Assembly: GCF_002571385.2 (NCBI RefSeq)
Contig: NW_019218206.1
Span: 179,902 to 243,901, forward strand
From: Stylophora pistillata
Taxonomy: Eukaryota
Direction of reading: 5' to 3'
Length of the DNA stretch: 64,000 nucleotides
A program made the position numbers and the translations under genes. The notes below the pieces were generated by a model. It saw only the letters and a program-made list of their open reading frames with translations. It ran no database searches and had not been told where the DNA came from. This document shows positions 34,815-43,496 of the stretch, one piece after another (the first letter of the stretch is position 1; every line of letters begins with the position of its first letter).

Positions 34815-35632
34815 GCACCCAGACCGAGCTGTTGCTTTGTGTTGATAACATTTCTCGCAACCCAATGACCCCACTGTCTATCACTATTGGGTATCGCATC
34901 GAGAGCTTTTACCATCTTACGATCAGCCACATTTTTACACTTTTTTGGATTTTTTTTATTTGAACAGACACTGTAATCAACATCATGTTGCATAGCTACA
35001 GCATCAGTCGGTCCTGTTGGTTTATCAAAAATCTCTAAAATCTCACCCGTCTGTGGGTCATACCTCAACTGTTTTTCAAGGTCGTTGTACGGTCCGGTAT
35101 ACTTATGTCCTGGAAGAGTCCAACCAGATTTTGGTTTTGGTAGTTTACCGATAGCTTTGTGAATATCAAAAGATCCTCCTTCGTAAAGAGGGTGTGTCGG
35201 ATCAAGCACACCATCAGGTGCATGCATTGACATTGGTAACACTTGATTAACATCAACACTTGTGCTTCCCCCACTTATCTTTTTACTCAAATCATTAGTG
35301 AAACTGTCAAGAGCTTGATTGAGATATTTGTCGGCTGTTTGTTTGATTTTATTTTTAGCATAATCTGATTTGATAGCTTTTGCAGCACCTTTTCGAGCAC
35401 GATAAGCACCACTGTTGGCCAATCCTTTCAAAGCCATTTCACCTAATGAATGACTGTTTCCTACATCAAACAATGATCCACCACTCTTAGTACCGCTAAA
35501 CCTTACCTTTGTACTACCACACTCTGCACACTTTGATTTGATCATCAGTCGACCATTTTTTGCAATCTCTTGTCTTTCACTCCCGGGTACAGACTCAGTC
35601 TTTTTTCTCTGTTTGACACAATAACTCTTCAT
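34772..35632 (-). CDS. Virion protein with N-terminal Cys-rich (DUF5679-like) domain and parvovirus-type phospholipase A2 domain
   Basis: MKSYCVKQRKKT...KNGRLMIKSKCAECG at the N-terminus. PLA2-like LPGHKYTGPYN...DAVAMQHDVDY..C (Ca-loop YxGP, HD dyad). Several xxGG motifs resemble adenain cleavage sites. Confidence 0.8.
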   Translation of the reverse strand: MKSYCVKQRKKTESVPGSERQEIAKNGRLMIKSKCAECGSTKVRFSGTKSGGSLFDVGNSHSLGEMALKGLANSGAYRARKGAAKAIKSDYAKNKIKQTADKYLNQALDSFTNDLSKKISGGSTSVDVNQVLPMSMHAPDGVLDPTHPLYEGGSFDIHKAIGKLPKPKSGWTLPGHKYTGPYNDLEKQLRYDPQTGEILEIFDKPTGPTDAVAMQHDVDYSVCSNKKNPKKCKNVADRKMVKALDAIPNSDRQWGHWVARNVINTKQQLGLGAKKSSKKAQGGKKN

Positions 35633-35647
35633 CTCTTGAAAAAAGCA

Positions 35648-36289
35648 TTAGATTTTTTCATCAAAATTTTTCATGCATGTATTCTTTGCTTTGTCGAGGA
35701 AAAGAAATTCAAAAGGTTTCAGTCTTGAGAACAGATCTGGTTCAAAACAATTATCTTCAACGATTAGTTTGCGATGACGATTTGTTGGAGGGGTGTACAC
35801 AATCATATGAGAACAGTTCAATCTGATGTTGACAGGTGTCTTGTGATATGATTGACTCAGATACACCGGTGAGATTGAATGATGCCTTCCATCAATAAAA
35901 TGTTTCAAGATCTTTTCCTGCACGTTTTTAGGAGCAGTAATGAGATCGGCAAAAATCACAACCTTTCTTCCTCCTCTTGGATACTCTGTCGTGTCAAGAA
36001 TTTCATCAGGATTCATCAGATTCAACACATCATATCCAAGTTTCTGTGAGTGTTTATGCATAATCTTTTGGAGATCTTGTATCAACTCTTGGTGAATGTT
36101 TGGAGTGTAGATAAAAATCTGATCGTAAATGACCAGTGGCTCTCTCAACATGTACATGAGTGTGTTTGTCTTTCCACTCCCACTCGGACCAGCGATCAGC
36201 ATCCTATACTCTTCATCAAGAAAGTCAACATCAGGTGCTTTTCTCTTTTGATTTTTTCTCTCTGTTGTTAATTTTGGAATATTAACCAT
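35648..36289 (-). CDS. FtsK-HerA/A32-like genome packaging ATPase
   Basis: Walker A GPSGSGKT, Walker B region VVIFADL (normally DD), and GRHHSIS...LSQSY...IRLNCSH typical of the Polinton ATPase. Confidence 0.9.
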   Translation of the reverse strand: MVNIPKLTTERKNQKRKAPDVDFLDEEYRMLIAGPSGSGKTNTLMYMLREPLVIYDQIFIYTPNIHQELIQDLQKIMHKHSQKLGYDVLNLMNPDEILDTTEYPRGGRKVVIFADLITAPKNVQEKILKHFIDGRHHSISPVYLSQSYHKTPVNIRLNCSHMIVYTPPTNRHRKLIVEDNCFEPDLFSRLKPFEFLFLDKAKNTCMKNFDEKI

Positions 36290-36348
36290 TTTGTTTATTC
36301 TATATATAAAATAAGTGTTGAATTTATAAAAGTGAAAAATGCAAAAGA

Positions 36349-36522
36349 AACACTTATCACAAAAGATAAGTGTTAAACACGAAAAAGCAAAATAGACACT
36401 TATTTCTGAAGATAAGTGTTAAACACGAAAAAGCAAAATAGACACTTATTTCTGAAGATAAGTGTTAAACACGAATAAGTGTCAAAAAGCAAAATAACCA
36501 CTTATCTCTAAAGATAAATGTC
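36349..36522. promoter_or_regulatory. 46-bp tandem repeat with internal palindromes in the divergent intergenic region
   Basis: GATAAGTGTTAAACACG recurs at 36365, 36411 and 36457. Each unit contains ACACTTAT-N8-ATAAGTGT. The array lies between divergently oriented genes; the regulatory role is inferred. Confidence 0.6.
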
Positions 36523-36581
36523 TATTTTTTTAAATTTTTTCCAAAAAAATAATTTAAAAAAAATATTTGGTAATATTAATA

Positions 36582-37235
36582 ATGCAACTCACAACTATCA
36601 ACAAAGCAAGCAACTCTATTATCTTCAATGACGTCGTTGAAAATCAATATGGTCATAAAAGAATAAGTATTGAGGTGAAAAATGGTGGAGGAGAAAACAA
36701 ATCAGGACCGTTGGTGGTTGAGACTCCTAAATTATTTTCTTTAGGGGTACAGACAACTAAAGACAAAGAGGGTAATATAACTGGATACTCAATGCCTATC
36801 TGTCTATGGGGTGAAGACGATAAACCATCACGAAAAGAGACCTACTTTAATAATGGATGGAAACAGTTTCACCATGTGTGCTGTAACTATCTTGAAAAGC
36901 ATTTTGGACCAGAAACTGCAAGTATGTTGAAACTTCCTATATTGGAGAGAGAGGGGAAAGCACCAATCTTTTATCCAAAACTTATCTACTCGAAGAAGAG
37001 AGATAAGATACACACAATTTTTCGATCAGATACTTATCCAAGAGATGAGAAGAAAAATCCACTTGATTATCTAGATGAATACTGCAAAGCAAAGATGGCT
37101 TTGATAGTTGAGTCAATCTATATCACTGATGATAGTGTATCAGTACAGATCAAGGTGAATGATGTTTATGTTAAAACATTACAGAAGAGAGAGCCGTTGG
37201 TTACACTTTCATCTGATGAGGAAGATGAAGATTAA
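36582..37235 (+). CDS. Putative OB-fold single-stranded DNA-binding protein (DUF2738-like, NCLDV type)
   Basis: 217 aa from ATG 36582. Motifs GPLVVETPKLFSLGV, GYSMPICL, PIFYPKL and ALIVESIYI...SVQIKV, with an acidic tail SSDEEDED as in T7 gp2.5-like SSBs. It is the only plus-strand gene of the element. Confidence 0.6.
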   Translation: MQLTTINKASNSIIFNDVVENQYGHKRISIEVKNGGGENKSGPLVVETPKLFSLGVQTTKDKEGNITGYSMPICLWGEDDKPSRKETYFNNGWKQFHHVCCNYLEKHFGPETASMLKLPILEREGKAPIFYPKLIYSKKRDKIHTIFRSDTYPRDEKKNPLDYLDEYCKAKMALIVESIYITDDSVSVQIKVNDVYVKTLQKREPLVTLSSDEEDED

Positions 37236-37245
37236 TAAAAACAAC

Positions 37246-37276
37246 ACTTTCCTCTTTTGAAACAAAAGAGAAAAGT
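37246..37276. terminator. Hairpin between convergent genes
   Basis: ACTTTCCTCTTTTG-AAA-CAAAAGAGAAAAGT, a 14-bp stem with one mismatch. Confidence 0.5.
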
Positions 37277-37282
37277 AAACAC

Positions 37283-37774
37283 TCAACACTCAAATCGTTT
37301 ATTATACTTTCTCAGTATTTTATCTGATAGAAAGATTGGGCACAGATCTGTGATTGTATCATCGATGAGTCTCACCTCATTGAGAAACGATTCCATGTCA
37401 AACTATCTCCCTCTCAGATAAGTCCTCAATTCAGTCAAGATCTTTTCATAAGTTGTAAAAGCAAATTTACACATGTCAATTTTTCTGTCAAACTTTTTCA
37501 CATCAGTATATGTTTTGAGTAAGAGACCTGTACCTGATATTGTGGCGAGTATGATTGGGTTCATGGTTACCCCTCCAGCTATACCTCCAGTCACAATAAG
37601 TACAGTACTTCCCAACTTGCATAAAAGACTCTTTTGTTTGAAATTCATAAAAACCTTTCTCGAGCACCACCACTTTTTGTGATAGTATTTGTAAAGAGAT
37701 TTAAGCTCATCAATCTTTTCTTCTCCCATTGAGTAGTCGATGTGATTGAAGTTGAAAATGTGTGTGTCAGTCAT
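37283..37774 (-). pseudogene. Two-TM membrane protein (adintovirus 'GasderminX'-like accessory gene) interrupted by an in-frame TAG
   Basis: Hydrophobic hairpin STVLIVTGGIAGGVTMNPIILATISGTGLLL. After the TAG at 37403-37405 the frame stays open for 39 more codons (FDMESFLNEVRLIDDTITDLCP...). The family name is from recall of adintovirus gene sets and is tentative. Confidence 0.55.
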
Positions 37775-37812
37775 TTTATTATGAACATCTCATAATAAAA
37801 TTTCAATTTTTT

Positions 37813-40170
37813 TCAATCCTGCTTCACAATCATCAGATAACTGTCATCAGTTCCATCGAGTTGAGTATTGCTGTTATCTGTCGCTATGCTCAACGATGTG
37901 TTTGCATGGAAATATAATAGAACGGTATTAGCGAGTGTCGTCCAAGCACTTCTTGTGTTGGGTAGCGCTACCAATATACCGTTTGATTTAGTTAGAAACG
38001 GATTGCTTAAGATGAATCTGAGATGTGATAGATGTTTAGACTTGATACCATCGGTGTATGTGATTAGATACATACCAGCGTTTTTGATTGTGAGTTTTGT
38101 GTTGTCTGAACCGTTCACTGTGAAATCGGCGTTAGCGCTCTGTGAAACGTTTGCGGTATGATCCGATGCTCCATTTATGTAAAATCTTACCTGTGTTGAA
38201 TTGTCATGAGCACAGTCTCCTCGATACCAGATCTTTCTTGTTGCGTTTGTCAACGCTGTCTTTGTCGCTTTTGAATTGATCTTTGTCTGTAATGCTGTTT
38301 TGATATCATCAACATATATCTTTGTGGCTGGGTTTGCATTATCTTTTGGATCTTTATTCAGAAGCAGAGGTGGATAAATGTACATTTCCCCACCACTAAA
38401 GGCGAACCATTGATCCCAAACATCTTCAGGCAGATTGTTGTGATATCTCTTGCTTCCGTAAACCACAACCCAAATCGGAAGTTTCTGATCATAAGCCTGC
38501 CCTGAGTTGTTTTTCATCACGATGTCGAACATCAAATAATTGGGTGTTGCGTTACTCCATTTTGTCATATGTATGAGACTGACAATATGATTTGAGAATC
38601 GATTGCTGCGCTGCCTTGAAACTGTCTCGACAGAGCTTGTGGCAGTCAGAGTCACAGAGGTCGAATCAACTTTATTGGATTCCCACCACATTTCACAGAC
38701 AACTGTGTACTCTGATTTTGCCGCAGAGTACATGTTCACACCGAAACGACTTGAATAGTAACCTTTTGATGTGTCGAGAAGAAGATCAAACGGTTTCATC
38801 TGCTTGTTGAATTTATGAAAGTCTTTGGAAATTTGTACTTTGCCGGTGATATCATCTTCGTCGCTGAACTCATCACCAATAACTTCATTCATGATATAAT
38901 CGAGATCGTTTTTCAGATTAGTGGATCTGATACTATGAGCAATGTGGTCATCGACATGTTTTTCAAGGTTGGTTTTGGTCGTCCTCACAAGGGCGTCGAC
39001 ATATGTTTTGTTGCAGAGATCACCTCCACTGCTCGGTGCAGCAGAGTTAATTGCTTTATTATTGCCGAGATTGAGGTTCCCTGTCATTGTGTCACCTGAT
39101 TTATTAACCTTGGCGTTGACTAACTTTGTAGCAGTTGTGTTTTTTTGATCTACATACTTTTTGCTCACAGCTTCATCATTATCTGAAAAAGTGTCTGGTA
39201 GATTGATTATCTTTCTCTTTCGAGCATCGAGAAGCTGTTTATCATCTATATTTTTATAGCTTAATACTGTATTTTTCGCATTGTCAACGTATTGTTGATT
39301 TGCATTTGAGAGAGTGGTAATATCGAGTAGACCTTTTAAATGTCTCTTTATCGACCCTGCTTCATATCGAGAGACAAGTGTGTTTGAATTTTCATAAGTT
39401 GCTTGTTGAGCGGTAGTCATACCCAGATAATTTTCTCTCTTTGTGTTAATCACATCTTTACCATTCATATCAAGATTACCAGTCATCTTCTGAGTACCAT
39501 CCAAAAGCATCACAGATGATGTATCTGCTTTTGTTGCTATCTGTGTATTAGATGTGGATGTATCGAGTTTTGCACTTAGACCGTTTAAAACAGTCGATGA
39601 GTCAGCCTTTTTTCCAAGTTCGGTGTTGAGTTTGTTGAGATTGACAGCTGCGGTTCCGTTGAGTGGTTGATCAGAAAGACCACTGATCTGCCTATCAGCA
39701 CCATGCGAACTGACAAATTTTAAAGATTTTTGCAAATCACCACCCTTTGTTTTGTCGAGATAGTTTGAAAGATCAACGTTTGAACCGTCAGAACCAGCAG
39801 GACCGGCAGGACCTCTTGAACCTCTTGGTCCTTGTGGCCCTGTATCACCCTTTGAACCGGCAGGTCCTTGCGGCCCTTGTGGTCCTATATCACCCTTTTG
39901 TCCTTTTGGTCCTTGTGGTCCTGTGTCTCCCTTTAGACCAGTAGGTCCTTGCGATCCTGTATCACCCTTTTGTCCTTTTGGACCTTGTGCTCCTGTGTCT
40001 CCCTTTGAACCCGCAGGTCCTTGTGGGCCGGTATCTCCCTTTGGGCCAGTAGCTCCTTGTGAACCAGTATCACCTTTTTGTCCTTTTGGACCTGGTGGTC
40101 CTTCAGGCCCTTCTTTGCTTGCACCTTGTTGTCTGTGATCAACTTCATGATAACCGTCAGAATACGTCAT
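37813..40170 (-). CDS. Collagen-like fibre/adhesin protein
   Basis: About 35 Gly-X-Y triplets (~39790-40110), followed by tail-fibre-like repeats ([20 protein letters not shown]) and a beta-rich C-terminal head ([14 protein letters not shown]1q/BclA-like). Confidence 0.75.
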   Translation of the reverse strand: MTYSDGYHEVDHRQQGASKEGPEGPPGPKGQKGDTGSQGATGPKGDTGPQGPAGSKGDTGAQGPKGQKGDTGSQGPTGLKGDTGPQGPKGQKGDIGPQGPQGPAGSKGDTGPQGPRGSRGPAGPAGSDGSNVDLSNYLDKTKGGDLQKSLKFVSSHGADRQISGLSDQPLNGTAAVNLNKLNTELGKKADSSTVLNGLSAKLDTSTSNTQIATKADTSSVMLLDGTQKMTGNLDMNGKDVINTKRENYLGMTTAQQATYENSNTLVSRYEAGSIKRHLKGLLDITTLSNANQQYVDNAKNTVLSYKNIDDKQLLDARKRKIINLPDTFSDNDEAVSKKYVDQKNTTATKLVNAKVNKSGDTMTGNLNLGNNKAINSAAPSSGGDLCNKTYVDALVRTTKTNLEKHVDDHIAHSIRSTNLKNDLDYIMNEVIGDEFSDEDDITGKVQISKDFHKFNKQMKPFDLLLDTSKGYYSSRFGVNMYSAAKSEYTVVCEMWWESNKVDSTSVTLTATSSVETVSRQRSNRFSNHIVSLIHMTKWSNATPNYLMFDIVMKNNSGQAYDQKLPIWVVVYGSKRYHNNLPEDVWDQWFAFSGGEMYIYPPLLLNKDPKDNANPATKIYVDDIKTALQTKINSKATKTALTNATRKIWYRGDCAHDNSTQVRFYINGASDHTANVSQSANADFTVNGSDNTKLTIKNAGMYLITYTDGIKSKHLSHLRFILSNPFLTKSNGILVALPNTRSAWTTLANTVLLYFHANTSLSIATDNSNTQLDGTDDSYLMIVKQD

Positions 40171-40212
40171 TTTTATAACATCTTCAGAAAATTTGAAGAT
40201 GTTTTTTTTGAC

Positions 40213-40752
40213 TCAAACCTCTTTGAAATATTTTATGATAAAACGCTCATTTGAAAAAGTGTCACTGTATGATAGTGGTTTTGTCACATCGTCAAAGACA
40301 GAGTACAAACTTTGATGAGCATATTCAGGTTTCAACCTTTTACTTGTTTCATTCAAGAAAAAGAGACAATAATAACCACACAAGACGCTTGTCAGTGATT
40401 GAAAATGTGTGTTGTTAAATGCGTAATTGATTCTATGTTTTTTAGAAAGCTCTTCCACCTCTTGTGGTGGGTGAAGACCGAAACTGTCAAAGTATAAGAT
40501 GAGATCAGAGCCAAAGAACATCGCCACCCAGTGTGAACCAGACTCATATGACTCGTTTAGATTGATGACAAAAGAGTATCCTGTCTTACAATCTTTTATT
40601 TGATCTCTAGAGATAACCCCTCCAAAGTTTGGAATCTTTAGGTATTCAACCCAGTTTTGAATGTCAAGGTTTGTGATTGGTATATTTTTAAAGGGTGGTC
40701 TTTTTATAGTATAGCTCCCAGTAGTGGTACTCCGTTGAAGGGAGAGTTTTTT
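40213..40752 (-). CDS. Adenain-like cysteine maturation protease; no own AUG before the catalytic His
   Basis: GSHWVA...YFDSFG...HFQ...LCGYYC (His/Asp/Gln/Cys). The ORF-track start at 40848 is TTG, and the first ATG (40521) lies downstream of the catalytic His. Confidence 0.9.
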   Translation of the reverse strand, partial: KKLSLQRSTTTGSYTIKRPPFKNIPITNLDIQNWVEYLKIPNFGGVISRDQIKDCKTGYSFVINLNESYESGSHWVAMFFGSDLILYFDSFGLHPPQEVEELSKKHRINYAFNNTHFQSLTSVLCGYYCLFFLNETSKRLKPEYAHQSLYSVFDDVTKPLSYSDTFSNERFIIKYFKEV

Positions 40753-41549
40753 CCCACCAACAGACCTTGTCCTTTCTGCTTTTTTTTCCCTTTTTTTACC
40801 CCTCTTCCAATTTTTGGTATAGGTCCATCCAGCCTTGGTGGAAACCAAATCGGTTGTTGTTCAGACCAATATGGTCTGTTTTGTAATCCCCTACCAGTCT
40901 TGCTTGGCGCGCGAACGTGTAAACCTCTTCCTCTCGAGTTTCCGCTTCCGGTCAACGCCTTGAGAAGTATCGGTACACCGATTGAAGCGAGAAGAGTACC
41001 GAGAAAACCACCACTTTGCCTCTTTGTTGGTTTCATTTTCAAGTCACCACCACTCTTTAGAGCAATTGCAATGTCTTGTTTCTGCCTTTCTGAGAGACGG
41101 TTTTCAAAAGGTAAAAGCTGCGGAATCTTTGAATGAGGAATTATCAGACCACCCGACTGTTGACCAGCACCAAGAATCTTGTCAGTAGCAAAATTTCCCA
41201 GACTTGAGAGTGCTCCTGTCGCCAATCCTGGTAGAGCCTTTGTGGCTAGATTCATTGCTTTTAGGAGGAGTTTTGCACCAAGAGTTAGAAGTGATGAGAA
41301 TAGACTACCACCTTTCTGTGCAACCTTTGTTATCTGCGTCTTACTAATTTTTAGATCAACTCCTTTCCCACTATTTATTGCTTTCTGGATTCTATTGATC
41401 TGTGTCTTTGTCAGCATCATCTCATCAGAACCAGTCAGTTCGTTGTGTGAGAGACGCAGAGTGATGGGTGATTTTTCGTTAAAAGCTTTGGCAAGTTTCC
41501 TTCTCTGATTATCTGAAAGAGTTACACCATATGCAATATAAGTCGTCAT
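40704..41549 (-). CDS. Basic core/membrane-active virion protein with protease-cleavage-like QxGG motifs
   Basis: 281 aa. QKGGSLF, QSGGLII and QSGGFLGTLLASIG are followed by amphipathic helices, with a Lys-rich C-terminus. The position between MCP and protease is typical of Polintons. Confidence 0.7.
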   Translation of the reverse strand: MTTYIAYGVTLSDNQRRKLAKAFNEKSPITLRLSHNELTGSDEMMLTKTQINRIQKAINSGKGVDLKISKTQITKVAQKGGSLFSSLLTLGAKLLLKAMNLATKALPGLATGALSSLGNFATDKILGAGQQSGGLIIPHSKIPQLLPFENRLSERQKQDIAIALKSGGDLKMKPTKRQSGGFLGTLLASIGVPILLKALTGSGNSRGRGLHVRAPSKTGRGLQNRPYWSEQQPIWFPPRLDGPIPKIGRGVKKGKKKQKGQGLLVGKNSPFNGVPLLGAIL

Positions 41550-41603
41550 CTTTTTATTATGTGACTCACATAATAAAAATTTAAAAAAAGATGAAAAGTC
41601 TAC

Positions 41604-42949
41604 TTATTTCATGATTACTGCTTTTCTACCCATGGCTTCAACATTGACTTCCTCCTCATTGAGAACCAATGCATAGATGTGATAGTTTGCGTCGGTGGTA
41701 TTGTTGAGGCTGTACTCGAAATCTAGATCTGCTGAAACTTTGAGAAGCTCTGGTGTTTGTCGTGACAGATCAAAGCAAAGTATTCCATAGAGATCTTTAA
41801 ACTTTTTCAAATCAATTGTTGGCCCGAACAGATTACCGCTTACGAACTTTACATAGTCTATAAGATATATCCATGCTCTTGTCAGCTCACTGTTTGGGTT
41901 CAGTACTTGCTTAGGATACTTTTTACCATTCTGTACATCAAGTTGAGCCTTTGTAAAGTATCTCGCATTTGCGATGTTGTAAGTGTTGAACACAAACATG
42001 TTATGTTCCTGATTGTTAAACTTGGTTGCATTCAGAGCCCAGATAAAAACATGTCTTGGTCTTTTGACAACATTTGCAATTCTAAATGTTCCTTCTCCTT
42101 GTTGAAGTGGTCCTGACTTAACAATTCTCTCTCTCTCAGATAAGACCATCTGTGAGGTTTGAGGTAGTTATCGAGCCAGGTCTTTATTCCAAGGTCATTC
42201 ATCTCAATTATCGGCACCCACAAGAGGAACTTTGTTATGATGTATCTTCCTGCCGCAGCGGCATTTGCTCTAAACAACACATTTGCATCACTCTCAAGCG
42301 TAACATTGATAGTAACCTTTGCATTGGGTGCTAACTGCTCTTCTAAAGACTCAAAGAAGCCAAACCGGTTGAGTGGTAGATGAATGTTGTTTTCAGCACC
42401 TGCGGCGAGAAGAACCTTTCTTTTTGTAAAACCTTCATTGTAATTAGTGTTTCTTGTTGGAATTCTGTTCACATCTTGACCATTAGCGATCGGAATGGCA
42501 AGTGTTGAGTACTCTTGTATGACTGCTCCAGTGGCTGTGTCGGGGTAGTGAAATTGGCGGGGGCCTAATTCTTTTGAATGTTCTTTTGTAAACTCGGTGA
42601 GATTCTTTACATTTGCAGCGTGATTTGCATTTGGTAGATCGAGAACTCTCACGTTTTCAAAATCAACTTTGATGTCATTTATCATACTAAAACCACCATT
42701 GTTTATTGCAGCTGCATCAGCTGCACCATAAATTGTGTTATCCATCTTTGTGATTTTAAAATCTATTTCAAAATAAGCATTGTACCAGTCAGCTACAGTA
42801 TTTGCCGCTGTTGATGTGTCAACTGTAAACCTGTATCCAGTTTTCTCTTGATATTCGTTATTTGCTGGTGCAGATTGGAGAGGAGTTTCGAGCTTATATG
42901 ATTTATACTCATACCCCTCTGAAAATTTTGCAGTTCGCATCGAAGACAT
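41604..42949 (-). pseudogene. Double jelly-roll major capsid protein, frameshifted
   Basis: ORFs 42032-42949 and 41604-42149 join into ~447 aa if (GA)6 at 42126-42137 is read as (GA)5 (WSYLRE-RIVKSG). RPRHVFIW, KKYP and LYGILCFDLS motifs are typical of Polinton MCP. Confidence 0.85.
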
Positions 42950-42967
42950 TTTGTAAAAGAGAAGAGA

Positions 42968-43441
42968 TTATTTTTTTATAAAAAAAAGTTCATCAAAGTC
43001 GCTAAAGAGATTGTCTTTTTCAACTTTTTTATTTTTAGTTACTGATGTTGATTTTTTTGACCACGGCTTCTTATCTTTCTGTAATAGCTTTGCAAGCTCT
43101 TCACCTTTATCTTCTTTGTGTGATACTTCGTGATGAACGGCTGTCTCTGCGGCAGTGACTTGCGGCACTTCGTGTTGTTTTGAGAACTTATCATAAATCT
43201 TTTCACCGATTAACTGCCCCGTCTTTTCACCTATCTGCTCTGCCCCCTTCTCAAACGCTTTCGTAGCTGCTTTTTTAGCCATCTCCTTTGCAGCTTTCCC
43301 TGTGAGTTTTGTGGCTATTTTGGTTCCAACATTTTTGAGAGTGTCAAATATCCCTTCACCTTCTTGAAGTGAGTGAGTGTTATCAATATTGTATAAAACG
43401 TATTTACCATTAGCATCTCTTTTCATATGCTGTCGAACCAT
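42968..43441 (-). CDS. Small amphipathic virion/core protein
   Basis: 157 aa. The QEGEG|IFD cleavage-like motif is followed by the Lys/Ala amphipathic helix KIATKLTGKAAKEMAKKAATKA. Confidence 0.65.
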   Translation of the reverse strand: MVRQHMKRDANGKYVLYNIDNTHSLQEGEGIFDTLKNVGTKIATKLTGKAAKEMAKKAATKAFEKGAEQIGEKTGQLIGEKIYDKFSKQHEVPQVTAAETAVHHEVSHKEDKGEELAKLLQKDKKPWSKKSTSVTKNKKVEKDNLFSDFDELFFIKK

Positions 43442-43496
43442 TTTATTTTAAGTGCATAAAATAAAATGTCTATTGTTTTTGAAAAACGATCTTCAC

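Noticed and set aside
36349-36522. CRISPR-like array
   Set aside because: The units are identical end to end with no unique spacers, there are no cas genes, and the context is eukaryotic/viral.
42126-42137. Programmed frameshift or phase variation in the major capsid gene
   Set aside because: A dinucleotide slip in a (GA)n run (mutation or assembly error) is the simplest explanation, and MCP is needed full-length and abundant.
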